Assembly: GCF_018977255.1 (NCBI RefSeq)
Contig: NW_024704744.1
Location: 42,780,001 to 42,844,000 of the forward strand
Reading direction: 5' to 3'
DNA: 64,000 bases
Source: Callorhinchus milii
Taxonomy: Eukaryota
The position numbers and the translations under genes were made by a program. The notes beneath the pieces were generated by a model, which was not told the origin of the DNA, did no database searches, and worked only from the letters and a program-made list of their open reading frames with translations. Shown here in pieces: positions 53,021 to 64,000 of the stretch. Within the stretch, counting starts at the first letter, position 1; every line of letters begins with the position of its first letter.

Positions 53021-53279
53021 GTGGTGCTGGTCAGGGACTGGATGTGGGAGAGGAAGGATAATTGTGGAGTCCTGTAGCTCAGTGGTTAGAGTACTCACTT
53101 TGCAAGCAAAAGACCTGAGTTCGATTCCCAGCAGGGTGAAACCTTGGGTAAGTTTCCTTACTTCACACGCCTGATACTAATCCCTCAAGAAAATAAAACA
53201 ATAATAAATTGGTCACTTCAAACCACGACTGTTTGTGGGACACTACTGTGCACAATTGGCTGCCGCATTTTGCCCTCAA

Positions 53280-53309
53280 NNNNNNNNNNNNNNNNNNNNN
53301 NNNNNNNNN
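53280..53309. other. Assembly gap (30 N)
   Basis: Run of N. The left contig ends inside a SINE. Confidence 0.99.
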
Positions 53310-56300
53310 GCGCCAGGACTCCCAAGGCAGTCTACACGGCGATCCCACGTCCGGGAGGAAGAGTACGGCGAAGAGTACCGTCATTCACGCCGATTGCTAA
53401 TATGGTAATAAAGTTTCATTTAGTGGACATTACTACCAATTATTTAACATTAAAATATATAAAAGCAAAATAAATGCGAATGAGCTATAAGAACTGGGTT
53501 TCATATACTATTAAGGCGTAGAATGTTCTTCTTTAGAGTGTAGAAAGTTTACAATGTTCAGAATAACCAAAGCAGCAAGGTGCTCAAACATATATGATAA
53601 AAAAATTGTAATGCAAAATGAAGGCCATGTGATTTGAAACTATCCCAAAGGTGCAAGAAAATGCAGTTATATGCGTATTCCTCCTCCCTGTTCCAAAGCA
53701 CTAATTTCATTTGCAAACAGATTTGGGAACTTCTAGAAAAATAAAATCATAGAATGTTTACAGCATGTCGGAAGCCATTCATTCCATTCTACCTGTGCTG
53801 GTACCAGCTCTCTGCTGGAGCCATCCTATCTCATTGAGGCATTCTGCAAGCTTCTCAATGTATGCATAGTTACAGGTACATAGTATGATACAGCACTTAA
53901 ATAGGCCATGTGGCCCGATTATTCTATAAGTAACGTATAACACATTTGCCATGCTGTTGTTGAGGCAGAAACTATAAATTCTTCTAAAAGGGTAATAGAT
54001 GCTTAAAACAAGATAAATATTTAACAGTTTGTTTTGTGAGTAGGAGAGAATGATTAGATTAGATCCCTCATGTATAGAAAATCATACAGGCTTGATGGGC
54101 CAAATGGCCTGTTTCTTTTCTGCAAACTCTATATTTTATGAGAACAAGACCAAACATGAACATTTTGTCAAATGCAAATTAATTAAAAGTATATTATGGA
54201 TTCAAACAATCCTTGTTCCTTCTCCGCCAAGATAGGAAAGCCAGATACTGTATAGCCAAATCCAGACCTTGCACAAATACAAGTCAATTTACCAACAGTA
54301 AGGTCCATTAAAGATTTGTATCCTATAGAACTGATCATAATTGGGTGCCCCTTGATGCATCATTCTGCTCTCGGTTACATTCTAATAAAGTGAGGCAAAA
54401 CTAACAAGCAGTAATTTTAAGAAAAAATTCTTCTCTCCCCAAAAACGGATTGCAGTGTAAAACACAATTCTCATTATTCGGTAATAACTGGCCACACTGC
54501 ACCGCCTTCCATCACCTCCGGAATGTCACCAGACTACGGCACTACTCACCCCTCACGTTGCTGAAACTCTGGTCCACGCCTTCATCACCTCAAGGCTGGA
54601 CTATGGAACTCTCTCCTCGCCGGCCTTCCCGGCACCTCCTCCACAAGCTGCAGGTCATTCAGAACTCTGCAGCTCGTGTACTGTCCCGCACCAGGACCAC
54701 ATCACTCCCACCCTCGCTCGCCTCCACTGGCTCCCCATCCCCAGAGGATTGATTTCAAGATCCTCATCCTCACCTACAGGCCATTCACGGCCTTGGTCTC
54801 TCCTACCTCTCCGACCTACTATCCCCCTACCTACCCCCCGTACCCTCCGTTCCTCTGACTCCGGTCTACTCCACGTCCCCCCGCCCCAACCGCCCTACCA
54901 TCGTGGCCGGGCCTTCAGCCTCTCAGCCCCAGGCTCTGGAACTCTATCGCCCATGCCTTCGCCGCCTCCTCCCTTTCCTCCTTCAAGGCCGGTCTCAAGA
55001 CCTTTCTCTTCAACCGTGCCTTCAGCTCCCCTCTCAACTCTCTACCCCCTCCTCGCTCCCTCCCTTCCCTCCCTCACCCTGACCATTTCCCCCCTGCTCG
55101 GGTCCTGACCCAACTGTACCAGCGCCTTGGACATCCTCCCGACGTGAAAGGCGCTCAATAAATGGAATCTTGTTGTTGTTGTTGTATTCTTCGATCAGAT
55201 AGTGAGTGTGATTTAGCCAGCTATTTTTGTTTTTAAAATGTTTTTAAAGAAAGAGTGCAGTAATAATAATAATAATCCTGCATTCGATATAGTGCTTTTC
55301 ACATCTTCTCGAAGTCTCAAACGCTTCACAAAATAGACTGTAAAGTGAATTGACCATATATTTGTGGGCGAAACGCGCAGCCAATTGCGCACAGCAATGT
55401 CCCACAAACAGTCGTGGATTGAAAATGACCAATTTATTATTGTTTTGTTTTGGAAGGATTATTATTAGTGTGTGGATAAGGAAACTTGCCCAAGGTTTCG
55501 CCCTGCCTGGAATTGAACCCAGGTGCTCGCTGCAAGGCGAGTGCTCTAACCACTGAACTACAGTATTCTTCTTCTCCCCCTTCTCCCAAATTCAATGAAT
55601 CAAAGTTTAAATCACTAACAAAATCAGTTAAGAAAATCTTCCCAGCAACAATCACTGAAATGATTCGCTTTAATGTTTTCATCAGCCCAAGTTAGTCGAT
55701 ATGTGAATGTGCAGTATACTACTGAGGGAGACAATGGGAGGTAGTTGTTTCAGAAGAGGATTAAATAGCTGTTTGGTGAAGAAATAAAAAGAATGTTCCT
55801 GCATTTGAGATCTAATTTTTTCCGTCAGGAGGACGCCTTAAAGTACTTCACAGGATACACTGTGAAGTGTAGTGACTGTGTAATTGTAGGCAAAATCAAT
55901 TGAAGAGGAATGCTAGTTAGAAAAGTATAGGATTTTGTTGACTGGCTGCCTAGCCAGAGCACTCTGTGTCACATGGTGTATAGCTGTCTCATTGTAGGAC
56001 AAGTTACAGTTACAATTTGGTCCCTCTCCCCCCCATCACTGTACTTCCTTCAGGGAAAAAACCTTTTTTCATAACAGATTGCCCTACCCACTGTCTTTGT
56101 TCTCTCCCTCAGACTCCAGGTCCTGTCCAGGGTTCATTTCTTTCCTGATTGCTATTGGGAGGATGGGATGGCTCCTGTCACTATGCCTGCTTTTGTCCTG
56201 ACTACGTTGTGGATGAGTTAGCTAAGGTGACTGGGAGGACTGAAATCTCCCATCTGGTGTGCATTTAAGGACCCTAATGGCCCCTATTTTTTTATATAAT

Positions 56301-58630
56301 TCCACAATTATCCATTATCTATTCCCACAAGGTTAGATTGTGTTTTAAATGAGGACAGTCATTGCAGGATACAGCGAATCCTCTCTATATGAGGCTCTAT
56401 ATGTCAAGTTGAATTGTACTGCAGTTTGCTAGCAGATCGAGAGGAGGATATGATTGAGGTTTTTTTTAAATGCTAAGAAGCATGGATAATGCAGATGTGA
56501 GCAGACCAGTTGTTTTGAACTTTGATCACAAACTGGAGTATAAGAGTATTAACGAGCAAGCCTCAAATGAGACCAGAAAGTAGATCTTTTCGCCCCACAG
56601 ACAGGTGAACATATATAATAGATTCCCAGCAAAAGCAATTCATAGTGTTTCTTTGAAAAGAGCTGGATAAACATCTGTTTTAGCATAGGATTGAAGATTG
56701 CACAGATAAGGAAATGCTCCATGGAACACATACACTGCTGGGACCATGGATGAGTAAATCAAGGAATGCAGAATTGTGAGTGTAGATCTTAAAATTGGAT
56801 TAATATTCTGAGTTTGCTGTTTACACCGAAGGGTTAGGAAAAAATTCTGCAGTACCGCAATCTCTCTCTTTCCTGTGCATTGCAGACTAATGATATAGGC
56901 CATATTTTAGCTTCCTAAATTTTACAGAGATGCTGCTGTAAAATGTAATATTTCTTACTGAAATTTGAAAAGGTGGGATATATGCTGAGTACCCACCTTC
57001 TATGGATCGGTTAAAAACGTTCCCTCCAAGCTATCCTATAAAACACGACAGAAGTCTATTAATGTTTTTTTGCTGACACAGTAGTACTGAAAATACCGGT
57101 CTGTGACAATAACAAGAAGGAAAAAAAAAAGCTGTAAATACAGGATATGCCTCTTCCTCTTCAGTGTCATGTTATGTTGCTTCACTGAAGTCATTCTAAA
57201 AATTCCCTTCTTTCCTCTGTGTATGCGTTGTGTGGGTGTGTATGTGCTGTGCAGCTGTGTACACATTGGCGTGCATTATAGCATTTTCTCACACTTTAAT
57301 TTGGTCACAAGACTAAGTGGATCCAAACGCCCACACAACTTGTTCTCATTCACTTACTAGTATATGGCAATTATATATCTGGATCAGCACTTCTCCCACA
57401 TTACTAACATTGTGCATATAGTTTGGAAGTGTGGACAAGTGCACTGGGGCAAATGTCAACCTTGAAAATGGCATTCGTAGGAATATGAATGTTTCTGGTA
57501 GATGTGTTGCTCCTAGTTAAGTACAGATTCTCCTTAACAGTCAGAAATTTGCATGGAAAAGAATAAAAGGAATTACTTAAAACATCCCCCCCAAAAAATA
57601 TATATATTTAGGCACAAATAAGTGCTGCTAATAATTGAAAACAAACACAGTTAGTGCATTGGTAAGTACAACTAATGAAAATTGTAGGTGCTGAGCTTGA
57701 TACAAAAATAATCTAACATAAACGAGAACGTTGAAAATACTAAATCCGTGCAAGGGTGTATTTAAGAGGCAGAACAAGCACTCATGCTTGATCAATGCAT
57801 AATACTGACTGAGCTCCCCCTGGATCCCTAATTTGTCATAAGTCAAACGTTCACATGTGTGTGCACTCACAGCTGTTGTTTGTTAAATTGTTTGTATCAC
57901 AAGCGATGGGCATTGCAGCCAACTGCATTCCTCTATTATAAGGAAAAACGTCAAAATATCCACAAAAACATAATGGGAGCAATCGTAAAGTTACCAACCC
58001 CTGATAGGTAAATGTGACATGAGCCTTTGAGCTCACAATCTTGGGCCGACACCCCATGTCAGCACTGCATGCTGCACTGCATATAGGTGCAGACCTTCAG
58101 ATGGGACATTACACTGAGACTTGACAGTTCAAGAAATAATAAAGATCTCAAGGCACTATTTCAAAGAGGAACAGGATGTCTTGACCAATATTTCTAATTC
58201 ACTAAAAATAGTCCTTAAAGACACTGCTGTCTTTAAAATGTCGGGATAGCACATTAGCGTCTGCTTTTACAAAAACAATAGTCACTACATTTCAAAGTAA
58301 CTCAGTGTGAACTGTTTTCGGACATTTTCCTGTGTTAAGGTCCTGTATAATGGGATGGAGGTGCCCACATGAGGGAAATGAGGCAGAAGAGAAAATAAGT
58401 TGCAGCAATATTTATTTTACGGAAATTCCAGTGGTAATTCAATGGCCCGTGTAAGTGAATGAGAATAAACCATTACTTTAAATGTTATGCAAGTTGTCAT
58501 AAACCATTAAACTCACTTCAGCATTAGTATGTCATCTGAGATTCAAAGGTAAAAAAGTATAATGGTAAGTTTGACACTTGGTTTACTTGTAGTCTAAAAA
58601 ATAATTTCAAATTAAAATATTTTGTTTTAG

Positions 58631-58693
58631 ATGCCACAGCAGACTTTGATGCTGAAGAATTTGAGGAGACAGGACCCTGTTCAGTAACATGTG
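58631..58693 (+). CDS. SPACA1: Second copy of SPACA1-like exon 2 (within the post-gap duplication)
   Basis: Identical to 26073-26135 including splice sites. May be an assembly duplicate. Confidence 0.55.
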
Positions 58694-61600
58694 GTAAATA
58701 TATTGAAGCATTTTTGACCATTCTCCTTCCCCCCACCCCCCTTGCTCCTCCATCCCCACTTCAAGTGCTGTGTCAAATGCTGTGTGAAGTCCTTTTACAT
58801 GAAAGGTGTTATATAAATGTGAATTGTTGTACTCGATTGAATTTAATACTCACTCACTGTATAACGCCACAATTGTTATCTACATATACTGTATTTGTAT
58901 GTACAATACACCTTATAGAAGTCAATGTGGCGTCAAGCCAAATGCTGCATCGCCTGAATCAAGGTCGGTTTTAACAGGCTGGTCAAAATTCAACCAATTA
59001 TGTGGATTTAAATTTTCTCTGCCTGGTAAAACTAGAATTTATTTGGGGGAGGGACCTTTTAGTGGCTTGCAAATGCATTTTAAGAGTATAAAATTGATAT
59101 TGAATAAATAGTTCATTTGTTTGTATTTGTGCTGGGGTGTGAGGGGTGGGGGGGGCAGTCTGTGCTGAATTAGTCTGTTACCAGCTGGGAAGATAGGGGT
59201 GGGGTGAGCGTAGAGAGACCACTGATGGACACAGATTGTGCGGCATTCTTCCAGTAACCATCAGCCAAATCACCTCGAAGGAGCTCTGATTCAGTTGAGC
59301 TGATGTTCCTGTGAATTATTGAGTTAATTTCTTAATTAGGGAATCTCATTAAGAATTACTGCAAAATTCACCCAATTACCAGTACCTTCATAAATTAAGG
59401 TTTAATATACAAGATAAAATAGCTGTTGGTTAAAACAGAATTGGTTTTGAGACTGACCATAAAAATCTAGATACAAATTTCTAGCCTATGAGATTTCACT
59501 TTTCGCTGAAGAAATGTACGCAGGCTAAACACGTTCTCAGTGGAATTCTGTAATAGTCTGGGGCTGGAATTAATTCTCATCTTGTTGAGAGCAATTAGGC
59601 ACATATTTGTTTCAAAATAATTACCAGACATTTGGCGAGAAGCCATTATTTCAATCCTCATGAAGGAACACAAAAAATAAATTAGTTGTGATTGTATTTA
59701 TACGGACATTGTACTGTTTGGTACAGACCTAAGATCTTTAGACATGAAGATCTGTACAGACATGAGGTCCTTACCCTGATACTTATACAGGAATGTAGTC
59801 ATATACATGTCTAGGAAAAACATTATGGTCCAACTAGCCAGTGCCAAAATTAACAAAATAATCACTCAATATCTGTCAAACCCCCAAATTTGACATCATT
59901 GTCTAGGCTGATGCTCCAATGCAGTGCTGGAGTGTGCTGCATTTTTGAACATTCGAAACACTCTTGTGCTTGTGCAGTCTTAGCATATTGGTTAGAACAT
60001 TTGCCTCGCAAGCAAGAGGACTTGGGTTCGATTCCCGGGCAGTGCAAAACATTAGGCAAGTTTCTGTACTCCATACGCCTCTGTTTACCTAGCAGTAAGT
60101 AGGAACCCGGTAGTTAGTCAATTGACGGATCGCTTTTCTGGGAAGGATTGATACCCTCAAATTTTTTTTAAAAAAAATAATAATTTGGTCACGCAATTCA
60201 TTACTGTTTGTGAGACAGTGCTGTGTGCGATTGGCTGCTGCATTTTGCCCACAAAATATACAGTTAATTCACTTCACAGTTTATTCTGTGAAGCACTTTA
60301 AGATGTATCGAAGACGTGATAAGGCACTATATGAAATGCACAGATTATTATTATGATATTATGATATAGTCACCCAGATATAGTCACTGAATTCTTTTCC
60401 CTTGGAGTCATGATATATCAGGAGTTTACTGTATTCTTATAATTTGATTTTTTCACCAAATAGCTATCTAACAGTTGTATGCATTTGTGAACACAGCCCG
60501 CCTGCCTCCTTTGTCTCTCTGGTTAATCTATCCCACAAATTCACAACTTTCTGTGCAAAATAATTAATTCTGCATTGTCTGTTCGCATTCCTTCTTTTGA
60601 GCTCAGCTCCAAGAAGATCCTGCTTACCTCCCCCCTCCCCCACCCCACCCTTCCCATAGGATAGTTACTAGTTGTTCAAGGTATACAAATGTGGCACTCT
60701 CAGTCTGGTTTGGATACTCTTATGCTGATGGGTTTCTGCATTCAGCAGACACCCGACTAACCAAACAAAATGCTACATAGTTTATGAAATCTCTAAGCCA
60801 CAGATACAACTCCTTGGTATAAAAAGGGATTTATTAAAGTGAGGCAGGCTTCTGCATGCTGTGTTAGGAAAACTATGTTTTGAGAAAGACTTCTCAATGC
60901 ATGTCAATCCTTACATGAAATCTCGTTGAAATAGACCAAACAGACTTTCTGTCCTTACCCCTGGAAAACATTTGGTCTCTGCTCAAAGCCTCACTGTAAT
61001 CACATAGCTCAGACTGGGAACTCATTAAATGGGCCTGATCCATCGCTTACTATTCTGTGGTATTGTGAAACACAGAGTTTACTCAGTAGCTTGGTTTGGC
61101 TGTGATTCTGTGAATCAGCAGTCAAATCCCATTGATTTGGGGATGGAGTTCTATAAAGCAGGGATACAGCAGCTGAAAGAATGTACAGTACTTTATATAC
61201 TGTGTTATCTTTCCCATTGTTACGTTGTGGGTATTGTGTATCTGAATATTAATACTGTAACTTGCAAAGTTTAATAACATACAGCAACAAATGAAGGAAA
61301 ACGCTCAGTTGGTTAAGCCATTGCCTGGAGTTTAATTGAGCCAAAGAGACTATGTTCCGTCTTCAATTCCCAGGCTGCACTGAATTAAGTTGATGATCTC
61401 AGTGGGAATCACAATATACTGTCCTACAATTACCTCAGCGTTTCTGGCCTAGGGAAGGGGAAAATCAACCAAGGTTCTTGCTCCACAGAATTTTGAACTA
61501 ATTATCTCGGCTGACACTCCGATGCAGTGTTGGGGGAGTCCTGCATTGTCGGAGTCTCGGAAGTACTGTCCATCAAATGAGACATTAAAGCAAGGTCCCA

Positions 61601-62244
61601 TCTGTCTCTTCAAGGTGACATTAAAAATCCCATGACACTATTTGAAAAGAGAAGGAATCCCACAACTAAATTTGGTCATTCATATCAAAGCTGTTTGGGG
61701 GACATTGCTGTGTGCAAACTGGCTGCTCTAAAAATACACGGTCAATTTATTCACTTGAAAGAAAAACTCTATGAAGTGCTTTGAAACATTTCAATGTGAT
61801 AAGAGAAATGCAAGGATTATTACTGAGTATAATTGACCTAGTTAATGCTAGCCAGGGAGCTGCACTGCCATCATAACCTGTCATACTGTATCTGAAAAAG
61901 GAGGCCAGCACATTGGCTCAGATCCTAGTAGTAATCACAATTTATCATCTTGCTGGATCTTGTGAAAAATACAACAGTAGGATTTTACACCCTTTATTTA
62001 CTAATACTGATGAACTTTTTGTCTGCACTTTTTATTGGAAATCCCATTATAATTTTGCATTAATCCTGGGAAATCCTGATTTAGTTGCACTTAGGCTGTA
62101 GGACACAGGCTATGGTATGGCCCAGACATTCGTGAACCATAAACAGTGTGTATCAGCTCAGTGATTGGAAAACCGCCACTCAATATTACATTGTAGCAGC
62201 ACAATCTTATCTTAAAAAGTTAACCTTGGCTTGTTTGTGACCAG

Positions 62245-62346
62245 GTATTGGAGTGAAAGAGGTTTTGCTGACTAAAGGATGTCCAGGCAAAGAAAGCAAA
62301 TGTGTTGTACGAGTTGAAGAATGCAGAGGGCCTGTTAAATGTGGCT
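62245..62346 (+). CDS. SPACA1: Second copy of SPACA1-like exon 3 (within the post-gap duplication)
   Basis: Identical to 29686-29787 including splice sites. May be an assembly duplicate. Confidence 0.55.
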
Positions 62347-64000
62347 GTGAGTACCTTTTATGAACAAAAATAATTTTGTAGGCAAAGTAGATTTATCCAA
62401 GTTGTAAAATCAGTATTGTATTTGCTATTGCTCATTCACAGATGCTATTCAAAGATGTACATTTTTATTGGAAATCCCATGTACTAAATATCCCTGAATA
62501 ACCTAATTTATGTATTTCACAAAATGCCTTTGCAATAGAGAGATGGGTGAGTATAAAAAAAGAATAACATTTGGATTTGTGGCTGATACATGTACCGCAA
62601 GAAACATTGGTTTTACCATCCAAATCCATAAAATTAGCAAATATTACAAATAAGTTTGATAAGAATAAATAAGAGGTGTTTAAAATAAAATAAAGTTGAT
62701 CTATTGGCTACAAGAAACTGAAGACCATTGAGGCCATCCTTCATCATATTGATCAGATCCCGATTCATGGCATTGTCACCCTCCTCCTGTCTCAGTTCTA
62801 AATCCACACTCCTTTCTCCTGTTGAATCAGAAATCTTTCCCATTCATTTTAAATTCTTTAACTAATTCAGCATTCATTGTGTTATAGGCATTCATCTACA
62901 AATATGCAGTCACTACACAGTAAATCCTGTGAAGTACGTTGAAACATTTCAACAACATGATAACACACTATATCAAATGCAAGGATTATTATTATTTTCA
63001 TTGGCATATGTCCATGCCTATAAATTTGACATTTTATAACAGATTGATAATAATCACAGATTCATAATTAAAACATGCAGTCTTTTATGAGATGGTACAT
63101 TTTTTGCCTCATTATTTCTCAATTTAAATACACACAGTCACATCATGTTATAATACTGTATATCCAGTGAAGCACTTTGAGATGTCTGGACTATGTGATA
63201 AGGTACAACATTAAATGCAAGCAATATTATTAATTTGTATTTTACATGCTCAGTTGGCTAAACTACCACCTAGAATAAAAACTGAGACATACAGACCCAG
63301 AAGGATTAGTATGTGCATTTCTTATCTTTTATTCTGATTTGTTATGTCGATTCTTTAGCTTCTAATCATGACTCCTTGGCTGTACATAAAGAATCTCTCC
63401 ACTCTAATTTTCCCTATAATATTAAAAGCTTCAACAAAGCTCCCTTCCCATCTTAGCCTTTTACTTCAAAAGAACACAATTGATATTCCAAGGCCTGTCA
63501 TTCAAGCTGTGATTAAAGACACATCATCATTCTTGCTGCCCATGTTTAAATCCTTTGCAGTGCTTCTATGTATTTCATGGTATGGTGTCCAAAAATAATA
63601 CTCCAAGTATGGTTTTACCAATTCTTTCCAGAGTGTCGTGTCTTTGAATTTATACTTTGTAAATAAGTCTACTTTTACACTTACATTAAAATGGCTATGC
63701 AACCACCATTTTACAGCATTAGAACAAACTTATTGCTTCGGTCAACTTGCACACCCAAATTGTTTCCCTGTCATTTGAGTTACTGGTAAACCCATTATTA
63801 TGGAATTATGTAATCATCAATTATTTAAAAATCCATAATGCCGACACACTGGGATTCTCCATTTTGAGTTGAGTGGTGTCAGCCTGGCACAGCTGGTAGC
63901 ACTCACATCTGTGAGTCAGAAGGTTGTTGTTTCAATGCCCATTCTCATAATCTAGGTTGAGTCTCCAGCAAAGTGCTGGGGGAGTGTTGCATTGTGCGAA

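Larger units (their letters stand above)
53381..64000 (+). repeat. Near-identical direct duplicate of 20781-31441 (at least 10.6 kb, runs off the window)
   Basis: Colinear match from tcattcacgccgattgc to gcattgtgcgaa. The offset drifts from 32600 to 32559 through many 1-2 nt indels concentrated near the gap. Many ORFs in the track recur verbatim. Confidence 0.97.

Noticed and set aside
53065-53145. tRNA-like sequences (also ~22925-22994, 27415-27487, 50165-50230)
   Set aside because: Each runs into the same SINE body and has a degenerate acceptor stem. They are SINE heads, not tRNA genes.

Overview
Eukaryotic, repeat-rich vertebrate DNA. The CR1 and L2-type LINEs, Deu-domain SINEs and tRNA-derived SINEs suggest a cartilaginous fish, possibly a chimaera (inference from repeat content only). 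The minus strand carries a complete five-exon AKIRIN2 gene (CDS 16357..2869, 185 aa, ending in SYVS) with a CpG-island promoter. About 4.3 kb away and divergent from it, I assembled three plus-strand exons that the ORF track does not show (20672-20774, 26073-26135, 29686-29787). They encode the signal peptide and cysteine-rich N-terminus of a SPACA1 (sperm acrosome membrane-associated protein 1) homolog, and are preceded by two RFX X-boxes and a CRE-like site. I could not locate SPACA1 exon 4 onward. After a 30-N gap, 53381-64000 re-copies 20781-31441 almost exactly, most likely a false (haplotype or contig-overlap) duplication. Other structures include a ~1 kb concentric palindrome between the genes, a 1.64 kb tandem duplication, an L2 nested in a CR1, and locally templated insertions. 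I found no prokaryote-type or wholly new system. Homology calls rest on my recall of protein and repeat consensus sequences, not on database searches, and repeat boundaries are approximate.
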